This document shows, piece after piece, positions 43,993-52,819 of a DNA stretch of 64,000 nucleotides. The stretch spans positions 35,540 through 99,539 of the forward strand of contig JAPOLI010000001.1 of the NCBI GenBank assembly GCA_029977205.1. The letters run 5' to 3'. This DNA comes from a bacterium. Its GTDB lineage: Bacteria; Actinomycetota; Thermoleophilia; Miltoncostaeales; Miltoncostaeaceae. A program made the translations under genes and the position numbers. Below the pieces are notes generated by a model. It was not told where the DNA came from. It saw nothing but the letters and a program-made list of their open reading frames with translations, and searched no databases. The first letter of the stretch is position 1. Every line of letters begins with the position of its first letter.

Positions 43993-44916
43993 TCAGGCGG
44001 CGCGCGGTGGCCGGGTGCGGATCCAGCTGTAGACGATGCTCGTGCCGAGTACCACGACGATCACGGCGAGCGACAGCCAGATGGGCGGGTGCCAGATGTC
44101 CTTCATCAGCATCTTCGCGCCCACGAATGCCAGTACCAGCGCGAGGCCGTAGCTGAGGTATGGGAAGCGGTCGACCAGGCCCTCGAGCACGAAGAACAGC
44201 GAGCGGAGCCCCATCAGCGCGAACGCGTTCACCGCGAAGACGAGGAACGGCTCGCGGGTGACGCCGAAGGCCGCCGGAATGGAGTCGAGCGCGAACACCA
44301 GGTCGGTGCCGGCCAGCATCACGAGCACGACGGTGAGGGTGGTGTACATCCACGTCGCGTCGACCTTCACCCGGAACTTCTGTCCCTCATAGGTGCCGGT
44401 GAGGGGTAGCCACCGGGTCAACCATCGGAGCATCGCCGACTGCTCGGGGTCGGTGGGCTGGTCGGAATGGCGGAACAGCTTCCACGCGGTGTAGATGAGG
44501 AACGCGCCGAAGATGTAGAGCACCCACTCGGCACGGACGATCAGCGCCCCGCCGATGAGGATTGCGATCAATCGGAGCCCGAGCGCGATAAGGATGCCCA
44601 GCGTGAGCACCCGCAGCTTCGCCGCGGGCGGCACGGCGAAGTAGGCGAACAGGACGATGAACACGAAGACGTTGTCCATCGACAGCGAGTACTCGAGCAG
44701 GAAGCCCGACAGGTACTCCGTGGCATAGGTGGTGTCGAATGCGACGCCGACCACGACCGCGAACAGCAGGCCGAGCGTGAGCCACACGCCGGTCCAGGCG
44801 AGCGCACCCCTCAGGCTCATCTGCCTGTCGCCCCGTGATACGACGAGCAGGTCGACAGCGATCACGGCCACGGTGCCGGCGACGAGGGCGATCCATGCCC
44901 AGAGTGGGACGTTCAC
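43993..44916 (-). CDS. TerC/Alx-family integral membrane protein
   Basis: EYSLSMDNVFVF and ALDSIPAAFGVT repeated motifs are characteristic of the TerC family. GTG start. Confidence 0.85.
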   Translation of the reverse strand: MNVPLWAWIALVAGTVAVIAVDLLVVSRGDRQMSLRGALAWTGVWLTLGLLFAVVVGVAFDTTYATEYLSGFLLEYSLSMDNVFVFIVLFAYFAVPPAAKLRVLTLGILIALGLRLIAILIGGALIVRAEWVLYIFGAFLIYTAWKLFRHSDQPTDPEQSAMLRWLTRWLPLTGTYEGQKFRVKVDATWMYTTLTVVLVMLAGTDLVFALDSIPAAFGVTREPFLVFAVNAFALMGLRSLFFVLEGLVDRFPYLSYGLALVLAFVGAKMLMKDIWHPPIWLSLAVIVVVLGTSIVYSWIRTRPPRAA

Positions 44917-45018
44917 GGGGCGGCAGTCTTACCGACGCCGCGGCGCAGTGCCCACGCCGGCGGGTGGCGCCAGCGTGTCAGACGCCCTGCCGGCGTGCCG
45001 GCCGGCGTGCGGATCCCG

Positions 45019-45723
45019 TCAGCGCCCGGGGGCGGATGCCACGGTGCGCGCGGGGTTCTTCACGCGCTCCCATCGCACCTGGCGTGCCCCCCAGTGCCAC
45101 AGCGACCTGTAGCCGAGGGCGCGCACGACACCCAGGTTCATGTCGATGCGGCGCTTTGCGGAGAGACCGGGGCCCCAATCCCGCCGCTGGGCCACCACGC
45201 ACCGCTTCCCGTTGATCAGGCAGATGCGGATGTAGGCGCCGCAGGGGACGAGATCGCTGCCCACCGTGAGGTCCATCTTCTTCGTCTTCGGCAGCCCCGG
45301 GCAGAAGTTGCCCTCATCCCAGGCGCTGTAGGCCGATGCCTCCGTCGTGCGCCGCGGGAGGACTGCGGGAACGACGAGCGCTGCCGCCGACCAGGCGCGC
45401 GTGGGTTGTGCCGGCGCACGCGGCGCAGGAGCCCGCTCGCCTGCGGGAGGCGCGGATACCGACGACGTGGGCATTCCTGTTGGCATCGAGGCCATGGCAC
45501 CTGACACGACGACGCCCCCGAGGAGGGCGAGCGAGGCAACGGCGATGGCGATGCGATGCAGCAGGGGATGCTCCCTGACGCGGTGGCGGCCCGGAGAGGC
45601 TGTCCGGAGGGCGGACGGCCGATACGCACGGACCCGACGTGTTGCGAGGGCGCACCCTACCGGGATGACGTTCGTATGCCCCGGATAAAACCGCTCTGAG
45701 CGACGAGCGACATCGCATGGCAA
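45019..45723 (-). CDS. Secreted or membrane-anchored RlpA-like double-psi beta-barrel (DPBB) protein
   Basis: The C-terminal 100 aa (ASAYSAWDEGNFCPG...VPCGAYIRICLINGKRCVVAQRRDWGPGLSAKRRIDMNLGVVRALG) resembles RlpA/expansin-like DPBB domains. A hydrophobic anchor lies at residues about 58-78. The first 50 or so codons have unusually low GC3, so the real start is uncertain. Confidence 0.6.
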   Translation of the reverse strand: MPCDVARRSERFYPGHTNVIPVGCALATRRVRAYRPSALRTASPGRHRVREHPLLHRIAIAVASLALLGGVVVSGAMASMPTGMPTSSVSAPPAGERAPAPRAPAQPTRAWSAAALVVPAVLPRRTTEASAYSAWDEGNFCPGLPKTKKMDLTVGSDLVPCGAYIRICLINGKRCVVAQRRDWGPGLSAKRRIDMNLGVVRALGYRSLWHWGARQVRWERVKNPARTVASAPGR

Positions 45724-45837
45724 TTTCGCTGGGAGCAGGAAAATCGTGGTCTGCGCGCACCTGGCGCGTGATGTGCCACGGCGTGTCCGGCATCGCTCGG
45801 CGCGTCCGTGCGGCGGTCGTGGCGGATGCGCCCGGCG

Positions 45838-46722
45838 CTACCCCGCGGCGGCGCGCACGCGCCACTCGAACACCCTCGTGATACCCACGACCACGAGTGC
45901 GGCGATGACCCCGAGGATGACCGGTATCCACCAGGTGCCCGTCGGCGCACCGAGGCCCGTGTCCTCCACGCCTCCGGGCCACGGCCAGAGCACGCGGAGG
46001 GAGCCGATCATGAGCCCGACCATTGCCGCGAGCACGATGTCATGGTGGCGGGAGAGCGCCCAGTCGAGCACTTGCGAGAACAGTGCGAGGCCGACGACGG
46101 CACCCAGTGCGAACACCCCCAGGACGAAGACGTCCCGCTCATCGACGGCGGTGATCACGACGTCGTACATGCCGAGCATCAGGAGAAGGAATGACCCCGA
46201 GACCCCCGGCAGGATCATCGCGCAGATTGCGATCGCGCCCGCGCCGAAGATGACCAGGGCCGAGGGATCTGTCACCGCGCCGCCCGAGATTCCCAGCAGG
46301 AGGAAGGCGGCAATGCCGACGAGTGCCGTCGTGACGGCAGCGGTGGCATCTGGGCTGCGGATCATCCGCCATGCCACCCATGCCGAGGATGCAACCAGCC
46401 CCGTGAATACACCCGCCATCGCCTCGGGGTAGTCGTCGAGGAGACGGGTTATCACGCGCGCCAGCGTGAAGATCGCGACCGCGATGCCGATGACGAGGGG
46501 CAGCACCAGGCCCCACTCGACCGCACGGAGGCGCGCTGCAGCTGAGCGCAGGTCGAGGCGCAGCAGGTTCCCGCATGCCTTCGCGGCAAGGCTGATTGCC
46601 GCGATGAGCCGCTCGTAGATACCCAGCAGGACCGCGATCGTTCCGCCCGAGACCCCGGGGACGACGTCGGCAGATCCCATGAATACGCCGCGGAGGATGT
46701 TCGCGAGAAAGGCCATACGCAT
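45838..46722 (-). CDS. DUF368-family membrane protein (family recently linked to polyprenyl-phosphate translocation, PopT)
   Basis: ADVVPGVSGGTIAVLLGIY and a second ILPGVSGSFLLLMLGMY repeat are the DUF368 hallmark. The start is taken at M23 of ORF 45838..46788. Confidence 0.8.
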   Translation of the reverse strand: MRMAFLANILRGVFMGSADVVPGVSGGTIAVLLGIYERLIAAISLAAKACGNLLRLDLRSAAARLRAVEWGLVLPLVIGIAVAIFTLARVITRLLDDYPEAMAGVFTGLVASSAWVAWRMIRSPDATAAVTTALVGIAAFLLLGISGGAVTDPSALVIFGAGAIAICAMILPGVSGSFLLLMLGMYDVVITAVDERDVFVLGVFALGAVVGLALFSQVLDWALSRHHDIVLAAMVGLMIGSLRVLWPWPGGVEDTGLGAPTGTWWIPVILGVIAALVVVGITRVFEWRVRAAAG

Positions 46723-46843
46723 GACGTTCCGCCCTCTCTGCAGCAATGGCCGACCGTGACGGCCGACGCTGCGCGGTGGATGTACCACGGACTCGGCGCC
46801 GACGGCGGGAGGCGCGAGGCACCGCGGCCGCCGGGGATTCGGA

Positions 46844-46916
<73 letters not shown>

Positions 46917-46922
46917 GGCGGC

Positions 46923-46928
46923 ACGCTA
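46923..46928 (-). promoter_or_regulatory. Possible -10 hexamer (TAGCGT) for the tRNA-Lys gene
   Basis: It matches the actinobacterial TANNNT pattern and lies 6 nt upstream of the mature tRNA 5' end. Weak, single-element evidence. Confidence 0.25.
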
Positions 46929-46957
46929 GCACCGGGCAGGGCCCCGGGGGAAGTGCG

Positions 46958-47602
46958 TCAGCCTGTGGTGGTGGCGGAACTTGCGAGCGCGTCGAGGCGG
47001 TTCCGGATGTCGGGCGCCAGGGTGTCGTCGGGCGCCAGCTCAAGGAACCGCTGGTAGGCGAGCACGGCCTGGTTGCGCTCGCCTGCCTGCTCGGCCACCT
47101 GCCCCCAGTAGGCGTAGGCCTGCGCGTCCTTCGGGTTCCGGGCGGTATAGGCCTGCAGCGCCGGAAGGGCCGCGCCGGGGTTGTTCTGGCTCGTCGAGAC
47201 GGTCACCAGTCCGAGCACGACGTCAAGGTCGCCGGGCGCGTTCTTCGCTGCTGCGAGCGCCGTCGTGAGCGCTTGGGGGTCCTGCGGATTCGCGGCCAGC
47301 AGCGCCTGCGCGAGGCTGATCCGCGCCTGCCCGAGATCGTTGCGGGCCTGGGTGAGGTCCTTCTTCGCCTGGTTGTTCTTCGGGGCCTTCTTGAGCGCGG
47401 CCTGTGCGGTGCTCACCGCTGTTGCCCCCTGCTGCACGCGTGCCTGGGCATCGCTGACTGCCTGGGCCAGCGGGTCTGCGGCGCCGCATCCGCCTCCCAC
47501 GGCGAGGAAGCCCGCCACGAGGCCGAAGCCCGCAAAAGCGATGATCGCGATGATGGCGATCACCTTGAGGCCTGTCTTGTGGTGCCTGCCGTCGAAGAGC
47601 AC
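46958..47602 (-). CDS. Membrane-anchored TPR-repeat protein
   Basis: N-terminal TM helix (VIAIIAIIAFAGFGLVAGFLAV), then Ala/Gln-rich helices and TPR-like repeats (AQAYAYWGQVAEQAGERNQAVLAYQRFLELAPDD). Confidence 0.6.
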   Translation of the reverse strand: MLFDGRHHKTGLKVIAIIAIIAFAGFGLVAGFLAVGGGCGAADPLAQAVSDAQARVQQGATAVSTAQAALKKAPKNNQAKKDLTQARNDLGQARISLAQALLAANPQDPQALTTALAAAKNAPGDLDVVLGLVTVSTSQNNPGAALPALQAYTARNPKDAQAYAYWGQVAEQAGERNQAVLAYQRFLELAPDDTLAPDIRNRLDALASSATTTG

Positions 47603-47611
47603 GGCGCGACG

Positions 47612-48907
47612 CTACATGATCCGGTCGCGGGCCTCTGTGGCCCCGGCCACGATGGCAGGGCCGTCGAGCAGCACCGCTCCGTCGGCATCCAGGACCTGCT
47701 GTCCGTCCACCCACGCAGCCACCACCTTCGCGCGGGGGTCGAGCACCGCCAGCTGCGGGTCTGCCTCGAGAGGTGCGTCCTCGGCGGGGCGGATCGCCAC
47801 GATATCGGCCCGCTTGCCCGGAACCAGCGAGCCCAGCTGGTCGTCCATGCCGAGGACCCGGGCCGATCCCATCGTCGCCATCGCCAGCATGTCGGCTGCC
47901 ACGGGCCGCGCACCCCGCCGGGCCGCCACCTCGGCTGCCCACCGTGCCTCATCGCGCATGTCGTATGCGCCGGCACTCGCCGGGCTGTCGGTGCCGAGGC
48001 CCACGGTCACGCCGAGCGCCTCGAGCATCTCGATGGGTGCATCCCCGCACTCGAGCCGCATGTTGGAGTGCGGGCAGTGGACGACCCGCACGTCGTGATC
48101 GGCGAGCACTGCCGCGTCGCCCTCGTCCACCTGCACGCAGTGCGCGGCGATGAGGCCCGGAGCGAGAGCCCCCCCGGCGTCCAGTCGCGAGATGACGCCC
48201 GGCCCGCCGCCGGGCCACCGGGCGGGATCGCGACCGACCGAGCGGATCGCATCGACGAGCGGCCCGACGCCGCCGTCGAGGAGCATCACCTCGTCGGGCG
48301 ACTCGGCCACATGCGTGGCCACGGATCCCGCACCGAGAATCGGATCGGCGAGCACTTCTGCCCACAGCGCGGGTCCCACCGTGTACGGCGAATGCGGTGA
48401 CACGCCCACGCGCACCCGCGGGCCAGCCGCGTCCCGCGCAGCCAGCACCGCCTCGCCATGACGCGTCACCTTCTCGCGTGCCTCCGCCCCGCTGTCGCGG
48501 CCGAAGATCTCCATGTGCACCACGGCACGGAGCCCGGCGGCGGTCGCAGCCCCCACGCCAAAGCCGCTCGGCCCGGAGTCGGCGAGGGTCGTCGTGCCGT
48601 GTCGCAGCGCCATGAGCGCGCCGTAGCGTGCCGCGGCCTCGCGGTCGGCCGGCGTCACCTCGGCGGTGCGACGCACGAAGGAACCAAGCCATTCGCCAAA
48701 CCTGGCGTCCGGCACGAGACCGCCCATGAGGGCCCACTCGAGGTGGCAGTGCGCGTCGACAAGGCCCGGGATCAGAACCGCGTCGCCCATGTCGGTCACC
48801 GGTGCGTCATCGCAGGGCGGCAGGTCGCGCTCTCGCCCCACGGCCTCGATGACGCCGTCGCGGATCAGCACGCCGCCGTCCCGCACCACGGGACCCTCGA
48901 CGGGCAC
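47612..48907 (-). CDS. Amidohydrolase-superfamily deaminase (MTA/SAH-, guanine- or aminofutalosine-deaminase-like)
   Basis: Metal-binding LIPGLVDAHCHL, ...HVAES..E, ..AHC..., and GTDS motifs of the chlorohydrolase/deaminase subgroup. Confidence 0.8.
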   Translation of the reverse strand: MPVEGPVVRDGGVLIRDGVIEAVGRERDLPPCDDAPVTDMGDAVLIPGLVDAHCHLEWALMGGLVPDARFGEWLGSFVRRTAEVTPADREAAARYGALMALRHGTTTLADSGPSGFGVGAATAAGLRAVVHMEIFGRDSGAEAREKVTRHGEAVLAARDAAGPRVRVGVSPHSPYTVGPALWAEVLADPILGAGSVATHVAESPDEVMLLDGGVGPLVDAIRSVGRDPARWPGGGPGVISRLDAGGALAPGLIAAHCVQVDEGDAAVLADHDVRVVHCPHSNMRLECGDAPIEMLEALGVTVGLGTDSPASAGAYDMRDEARWAAEVAARRGARPVAADMLAMATMGSARVLGMDDQLGSLVPGKRADIVAIRPAEDAPLEADPQLAVLDPRAKVVAAWVDGQQVLDADGAVLLDGPAIVAGATEARDRIM

Positions 48908-48944
48908 GATCCAGGCCGCCCGTATCAGGGCGGTGGGTCGCCCG

Positions 48945-49181
48945 CTAGGAGCCGGCGGGGGTGGTTTCGTCGGTCTTCTGGGGAAGCGCCGGGTCGGACG
49001 CCTGGGCGGCCGTCACCTGCTCCTCGGCGTTCTCGTTCTTGTCGCCCGTGACGCCCTTCTTGAACTCGCGCATCCCGGTGCCGAGGCTCTTGCCGATTTC
49101 CGGCAGGCGCTTGGCGCCGAAGGCCAGAAGGATGATGGCCAGGATGATGATGAGTTCGAGCGGGCCGATGCCGAATGGCAT
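48945..49181 (-). CDS. tatA: Twin-arginine translocase subunit TatA/E
   Basis: MPFGIGPLELIIILAIILLAFGAKRLPEIGKSLGTGMREFKKG is the canonical TatA N-terminus. Starts at M85 of ORF 48945..49433. Confidence 0.9.
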   Translation of the reverse strand: MPFGIGPLELIIILAIILLAFGAKRLPEIGKSLGTGMREFKKGVTGDKNENAEEQVTAAQASDPALPQKTDETTPAGS

Positions 49182-49238
49182 GGACGTACCTCGTGGTTCG
49201 CGGCTCCCGGGCGGGGAACCGATCGATGCGACGTTAGC

Positions 49239-49664
49239 ATGGGGGAGCAATTCGGCGATCTGGTGGGGGGTGGGGGAATAGCGCTTGAGCCCATGGCGGT
49301 CGGTTGGGGTGGCCTGATCGGGACGATCGGCCTCGCGGCCTCCGCAGCCGCGCCTACGTGGGCGCGGGCCCTCATCATCATCGCGGCATTCCTGTTGGGT
49401 GGTTTTCTTTCTGGCGTCCGCACGCTCGACCACCGTTCCCTTAACGCCCTGGGCGCCTGGGTCTTCGGCTGGCTCCTGTGGGCGGCCATCTGGATCGTCC
49501 TCGCGATCGTGAGCGCCGCGGGCGGCCCCGCCGATCCCGAGTACGCGCCGGGCTCGGGATCGGCCTCGTTGCTCATCGCCGCGGGGTCACTGCTCGCCGC
49601 GCTCGTCGGCGGCATGGCGGCCGACCGCCGCTACAGCACCCGCGCTGTCCGCCGGCGGTACTGA
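49239..49664 (+). CDS. Small 4-TM membrane protein, unknown function
   Basis: In-frame ATG at 49239 (alternative at 49293) within ORF 48666..49664. Hydrophobic helices and high GC3. Confidence 0.45.
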   Translation: MGEQFGDLVGGGGIALEPMAVGWGGLIGTIGLAASAAAPTWARALIIIAAFLLGGFLSGVRTLDHRSLNALGAWVFGWLLWAAIWIVLAIVSAAGGPADPEYAPGSGSASLLIAAGSLLAALVGGMAADRRYSTRAVRRRY

Positions 49665-49691
49665 CCCCCCGGCAGTCCACCACCGCTCCGG

Positions 49692-50249
49692 CTAGTTGTC
49701 GACCGCGAAGTCCCGGTGGGAGCGGCTGGAGGTCGGGCCGGCCTGGCCCTGGTACTTCCCGCTGTAGGGGGTGTCCACGGGCGTGGTCATCTGCAGGAAC
49801 GAGATCTGCCCGATCCGCATCCCGGCGTGGATCGCAATGGGCAGGCTCGCGACGTTCGAGAACTCCAGCGTGATCTGCCCATCGAACCCGGGGTCGATGT
49901 AGCCAGCTGTCGAGTGGATGAGCAGCCCGAGTCGTCCGAGGCTCGACTTGCCCTCGAGTCGCGCTACGAGGTCGTCGGGTATCCCCACGCGCTCCAGCGT
50001 GGAGCCCAGCACGAACTCGCCCGGGTGCAGGATGAACGGCTCGCCGTCGTCGACCCGCACCAGCTCGGTGAGATCCTCCTCGGGCTCGCGCGGGTCGATG
50101 TAGGGCTGGCGGTTGTTGTGGAAGACCCGGAACTCGTGCGAGACACGAAGATCCACCGATGACGGCTGGACGAGGAGGTCGTCGAATGGGTCGATGACCA
50201 GTCGCCCGGCGGCGACCTGCTCGCGGATGGTTCGATCAGACAGGACCAT
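49692..50249 (-). CDS. dcd: dCTP deaminase (possibly the bifunctional dCTP deaminase/dUTPase type)
   Basis: [35 protein letters not shown]. Confidence 0.9.
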   Translation of the reverse strand: MVLSDRTIREQVAAGRLVIDPFDDLLVQPSSVDLRVSHEFRVFHNNRQPYIDPREPEEDLTELVRVDDGEPFILHPGEFVLGSTLERVGIPDDLVARLEGKSSLGRLGLLIHSTAGYIDPGFDGQITLEFSNVASLPIAIHAGMRIGQISFLQMTTPVDTPYSGKYQGQAGPTSSRSHRDFAVDN

Positions 50250-50449
50250 GGGAGGGGACGCTACCCGATGGTCCTCCCGACCTCGCGGGCTGGGCTAGCC
50301 TGCGGGGCGTGACGGGTGACGCGCAGGCGGCAGCGGGACGGCAGCGGGGCTTCCGCGTGGATGCGCCCGCCGATGATGCCCTGCGGCACCGCGTTGTCAC
50401 TGCGCAGGCCCGCGGCGCCGTGCCCGACATCGTCGTGGGAGGAGTTCTC

Positions 50450-51385
50450 GTGGGAACCGGTCCCGAGGATGCCCTCGACCTCGTGGACGTCACCCCGGGC
50501 GAGCTCGACCAGCTGCTCGACGGCCGCAGGCTGCCGCGCTGGGTCGTCGAGAAGGGGTCGTTCGGTCCGGGCTACGTGCAGCTCAAGTCGCTCATGCGCC
50601 AGGAGAGCCTCGTCACGGTGTGCGAGGAGGCCTCATGCCCCAACATCCAGCGCTGCTGGACCCGTGGCACAGCCACCTTCATGATCGCCGGGGAGACCTG
50701 CACCCGCGGATGCCGGTTCTGCGACGTCACCTCCGGGAAGCCCATGCTTCCCCCGGACCCGGGGGAACCCGCACGGCTCGCCGACGCCGCTGCGGCCATG
50801 GGGCTGCGCTACGTGGTGGTCACCGCGGTTGCCCGCGACGACCAGCCGGATGGCGGCGCGGGCCACTTCGCCGCCGTCATCCGCGCCCTGCGCGAGCGAC
50901 TGCCGGACGCGCGCGTGGAGGTCCTGATTCCGGACTTCCGCGGTAACTGGGATGCCCTCGATGCGGTGATCGAGGCGCGCCCCGACGTGCTCAACCACAA
51001 CACCGAGACCGTTCCCCGGCTGTACCGGCGCGTGCGTCCGGGGGCCCGGTATGAGCGCACCCTGGAATTGCTTGAGCGGTCGCATCGGGCGGGGCTTCCC
51101 ACCAAGAGCGGGATCATGGTGGGCCTCGGTGAACAGTTGCCGGAGGTACAGGCCGTGTTCGCCGACCTTGCGGCGTCGGGGTGCGAGGTGGTCACCGTCG
51201 GGCAGTACCTCAGCCCGTCGGGCAGCCACCTGCCCGTCGAGCGGTTCTATGCGCCGGCCGAGTACCCCGCCCTTGCGTCGCTCGGCCGTGACGCCGGCCT
51301 GGCGCATGTCGAGGCGGGCCCGCTCGTGCGCTCGTCGTACGAGGCCGACCGGGTGGCCGACGAGGTCGGCGCAGGTGTCGTCTAG
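50450..51385 (+). CDS. lipA: Lipoyl synthase (radical SAM)
   Basis: VCEEASCPNIQRCW (auxiliary cluster), CTRGCRFCDV (radical SAM cluster), and the C-terminal ...RSSY. The start is taken at the GTG at 50450, preceded by GGGAGGAG. The maximal ORF begins at 50309. Confidence 0.9.
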   Translation: MGTGPEDALDLVDVTPGELDQLLDGRRLPRWVVEKGSFGPGYVQLKSLMRQESLVTVCEEASCPNIQRCWTRGTATFMIAGETCTRGCRFCDVTSGKPMLPPDPGEPARLADAAAAMGLRYVVVTAVARDDQPDGGAGHFAAVIRALRERLPDARVEVLIPDFRGNWDALDAVIEARPDVLNHNTETVPRLYRRVRPGARYERTLELLERSHRAGLPTKSGIMVGLGEQLPEVQAVFADLAASGCEVVTVGQYLSPSGSHLPVERFYAPAEYPALASLGRDAGLAHVEAGPLVRSSYEADRVADEVGAGVV

Positions 51386-51394
51386 GGTCTCCGC

Positions 51395-51706
51395 ATGGAA
51401 CGGATGACCCCTGAGCAGGCCAAGGCCGCCGCGGATGCTGGCGACGCCGTGATCATCGACGTCCGCGAGGACGATGAGGTGGCCCAGGGGGCGATCCCCG
51501 GCTCGCGCCATATCCCGATGGGCGATGTCCTCGAGCGGATCGCCGAGGTGCCGCGCGACACCACCGTGATCTTCAGTTGCCGTTCCGGTGGCCGCTCTGA
51601 GAATGTCTGTCGCTACCTCGAGGAGAACGAGGGCTTCAGCGACCTGGTGAACCTCGAAGGGGGCATCACGGCGTGGAGCAGAGCGGGGCTTCCCGTCACC
51701 CAGTAG
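51395..51706 (+). CDS. Single-domain rhodanese-like sulfurtransferase
   Basis: 103 aa with the active-site loop CRSGGRS, plus IIDVRE..E and GGI.AW. Confidence 0.85.
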   Translation: MERMTPEQAKAAADAGDAVIIDVREDDEVAQGAIPGSRHIPMGDVLERIAEVPRDTTVIFSCRSGGRSENVCRYLEENEGFSDLVNLEGGITAWSRAGLPVTQ

Positions 51707-51727
51707 GGCCGCTCCCGCCCGCCGGGA

Positions 51728-52819
51728 TCAGAAGCGCCGGACGGTGCGGTACAGGGTGTCGCGCTGCACGGCGCGGCGACCGGTGGCCTCGATAGCGGCC
51801 ACCATCCGGGGGGTATCCAGCGTGAAGGCCGTGCCGGCCGCGCGCACGACGTTCTCCTCGATCATGATGGAGCCCATGTCGTCGCAGCCGGCCTCGAGTG
51901 CCAGCATCCCGATGCGAAGGCCCTGCGTCACCCATGACGACTGCATGTGGGGGATGTTGTCGAGGTAGAGCCGCGCGACGGCGTTCATCATCAGGTAGTC
52001 GGCGGCGGTCGCGTGCTGGTGATCGTCTCCGCGCGCCGAGCAGCCGCCCGGCTGGTACGACCAGCAGGCGAAGGCGGTGAAGCCGGCGGTCTCGTCCTGG
52101 AGCGCCCGGAGCACGCGCAGGTGCTCTACGCGGTCATCCACGGTGTCGACGGTGCCGTACATCATGGTGGCGCTGGTGCGCAGCCCGCGCAGGTGCGCCT
52201 CGCGCATGACGTCGAGCCACTCCGACGTCGTGGTCTTGCGCGGTGCGATGACGTCCCGCACCGGGTCCACCAGGATCTCCGCGCCGCCACCGGGGATGGA
52301 GCCGAGGCCCGCGTCGATGAGGCGATCGAGCACCTCGCCCACGTCGAGCTTCGAATAGCGCGCGATGTGCAGCACCTCGCTCGGCGAGAGCGCGTGCAGG
52401 TGGATCGGGTACCGGCGCGTGATGTCGCTGAACAAATCCTCGTACCACTCCATGCGCAGGTTGGGGTGATGCCCCCCCTGCATGAGCAACGCGGTGCCGC
52501 CGAGGTCGAGCGTCTCCTCGATCTTCCGGAAGATCACCGGCTTGCTGAGCACATATCCGCCGGGGTCGCGCGGGTGGCGGTAGAACGCGCAGAAATCGCA
52601 GTCCGTGACGCAGAAGTTGGTGTAGTTGACGTTGCGGTCGATGACGAACGTGACCTCGTCGGGGTCCGTCACCCGGTCTCGCGCCCGCCGGGCCGCGGCG
52701 GCAACCGCCACCACGTCGCGGGAGTCGATGAGCGCCCGCGCGCCGTCGTCGTCCAGGCGCTCACCGGCGTCGAGCCGCTCGATCACCTCGAGGTGCCGTG
52801 CGGGCGCGACGGTGCTCAT
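51728..52819 (-). CDS. Futalosine-pathway radical SAM enzyme of the MqnC/MqnE (CofH-like) family. I cannot tell cyclic dehypoxanthinyl-futalosine synthase from aminofutalosine synthase by eye.
   Basis: IDRNVNYTNFCVTDCDFCAFYR, LMQGGHHP, PGGGAEIL, SATMMYG, LQDETAGFTAF. Confidence 0.85.
   Translation of the reverse strand: MSTVAPARHLEVIERLDAGERLDDDGARALIDSRDVVAVAAAARRARDRVTDPDEVTFVIDRNVNYTNFCVTDCDFCAFYRHPRDPGGYVLSKPVIFRKIEETLDLGGTALLMQGGHHPNLRMEWYEDLFSDITRRYPIHLHALSPSEVLHIARYSKLDVGEVLDRLIDAGLGSIPGGGAEILVDPVRDVIAPRKTTTSEWLDVMREAHLRGLRTSATMMYGTVDTVDDRVEHLRVLRALQDETAGFTAFACWSYQPGGCSARGDDHQHATAADYLMMNAVARLYLDNIPHMQSSWVTQGLRIGMLALEAGCDDMGSIMIEENVVRAAGTAFTLDTPRMVAAIEATGRRAVQRDTLYRTVRRF

Noticed and set aside
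44917-45018. Possible yybP-ykoY (Mn2+) riboswitch in the 102-nt leader of the TerC-family gene
   Set aside because: TerC/Alx genes often carry this riboswitch, and the leader has UGACA and AAGAC fragments. However, I cannot find the conserved GGGGAGUAG-type 5' block or a convincing four-helix fold by eye. An Infernal scan against Rfam is needed, so no call is made.
45580-45837. ydaO-type cyclic-di-AMP riboswitch upstream of the RlpA-like gene
   Set aside because: The conserved blocks (GGGGUGAAUC-like, ACAGCUAACCUCGUA-like) are not recognisable. Only vague resemblance exists (GGACAGCC). The unusual leader is kept as a finding, but the riboswitch identity is rejected.
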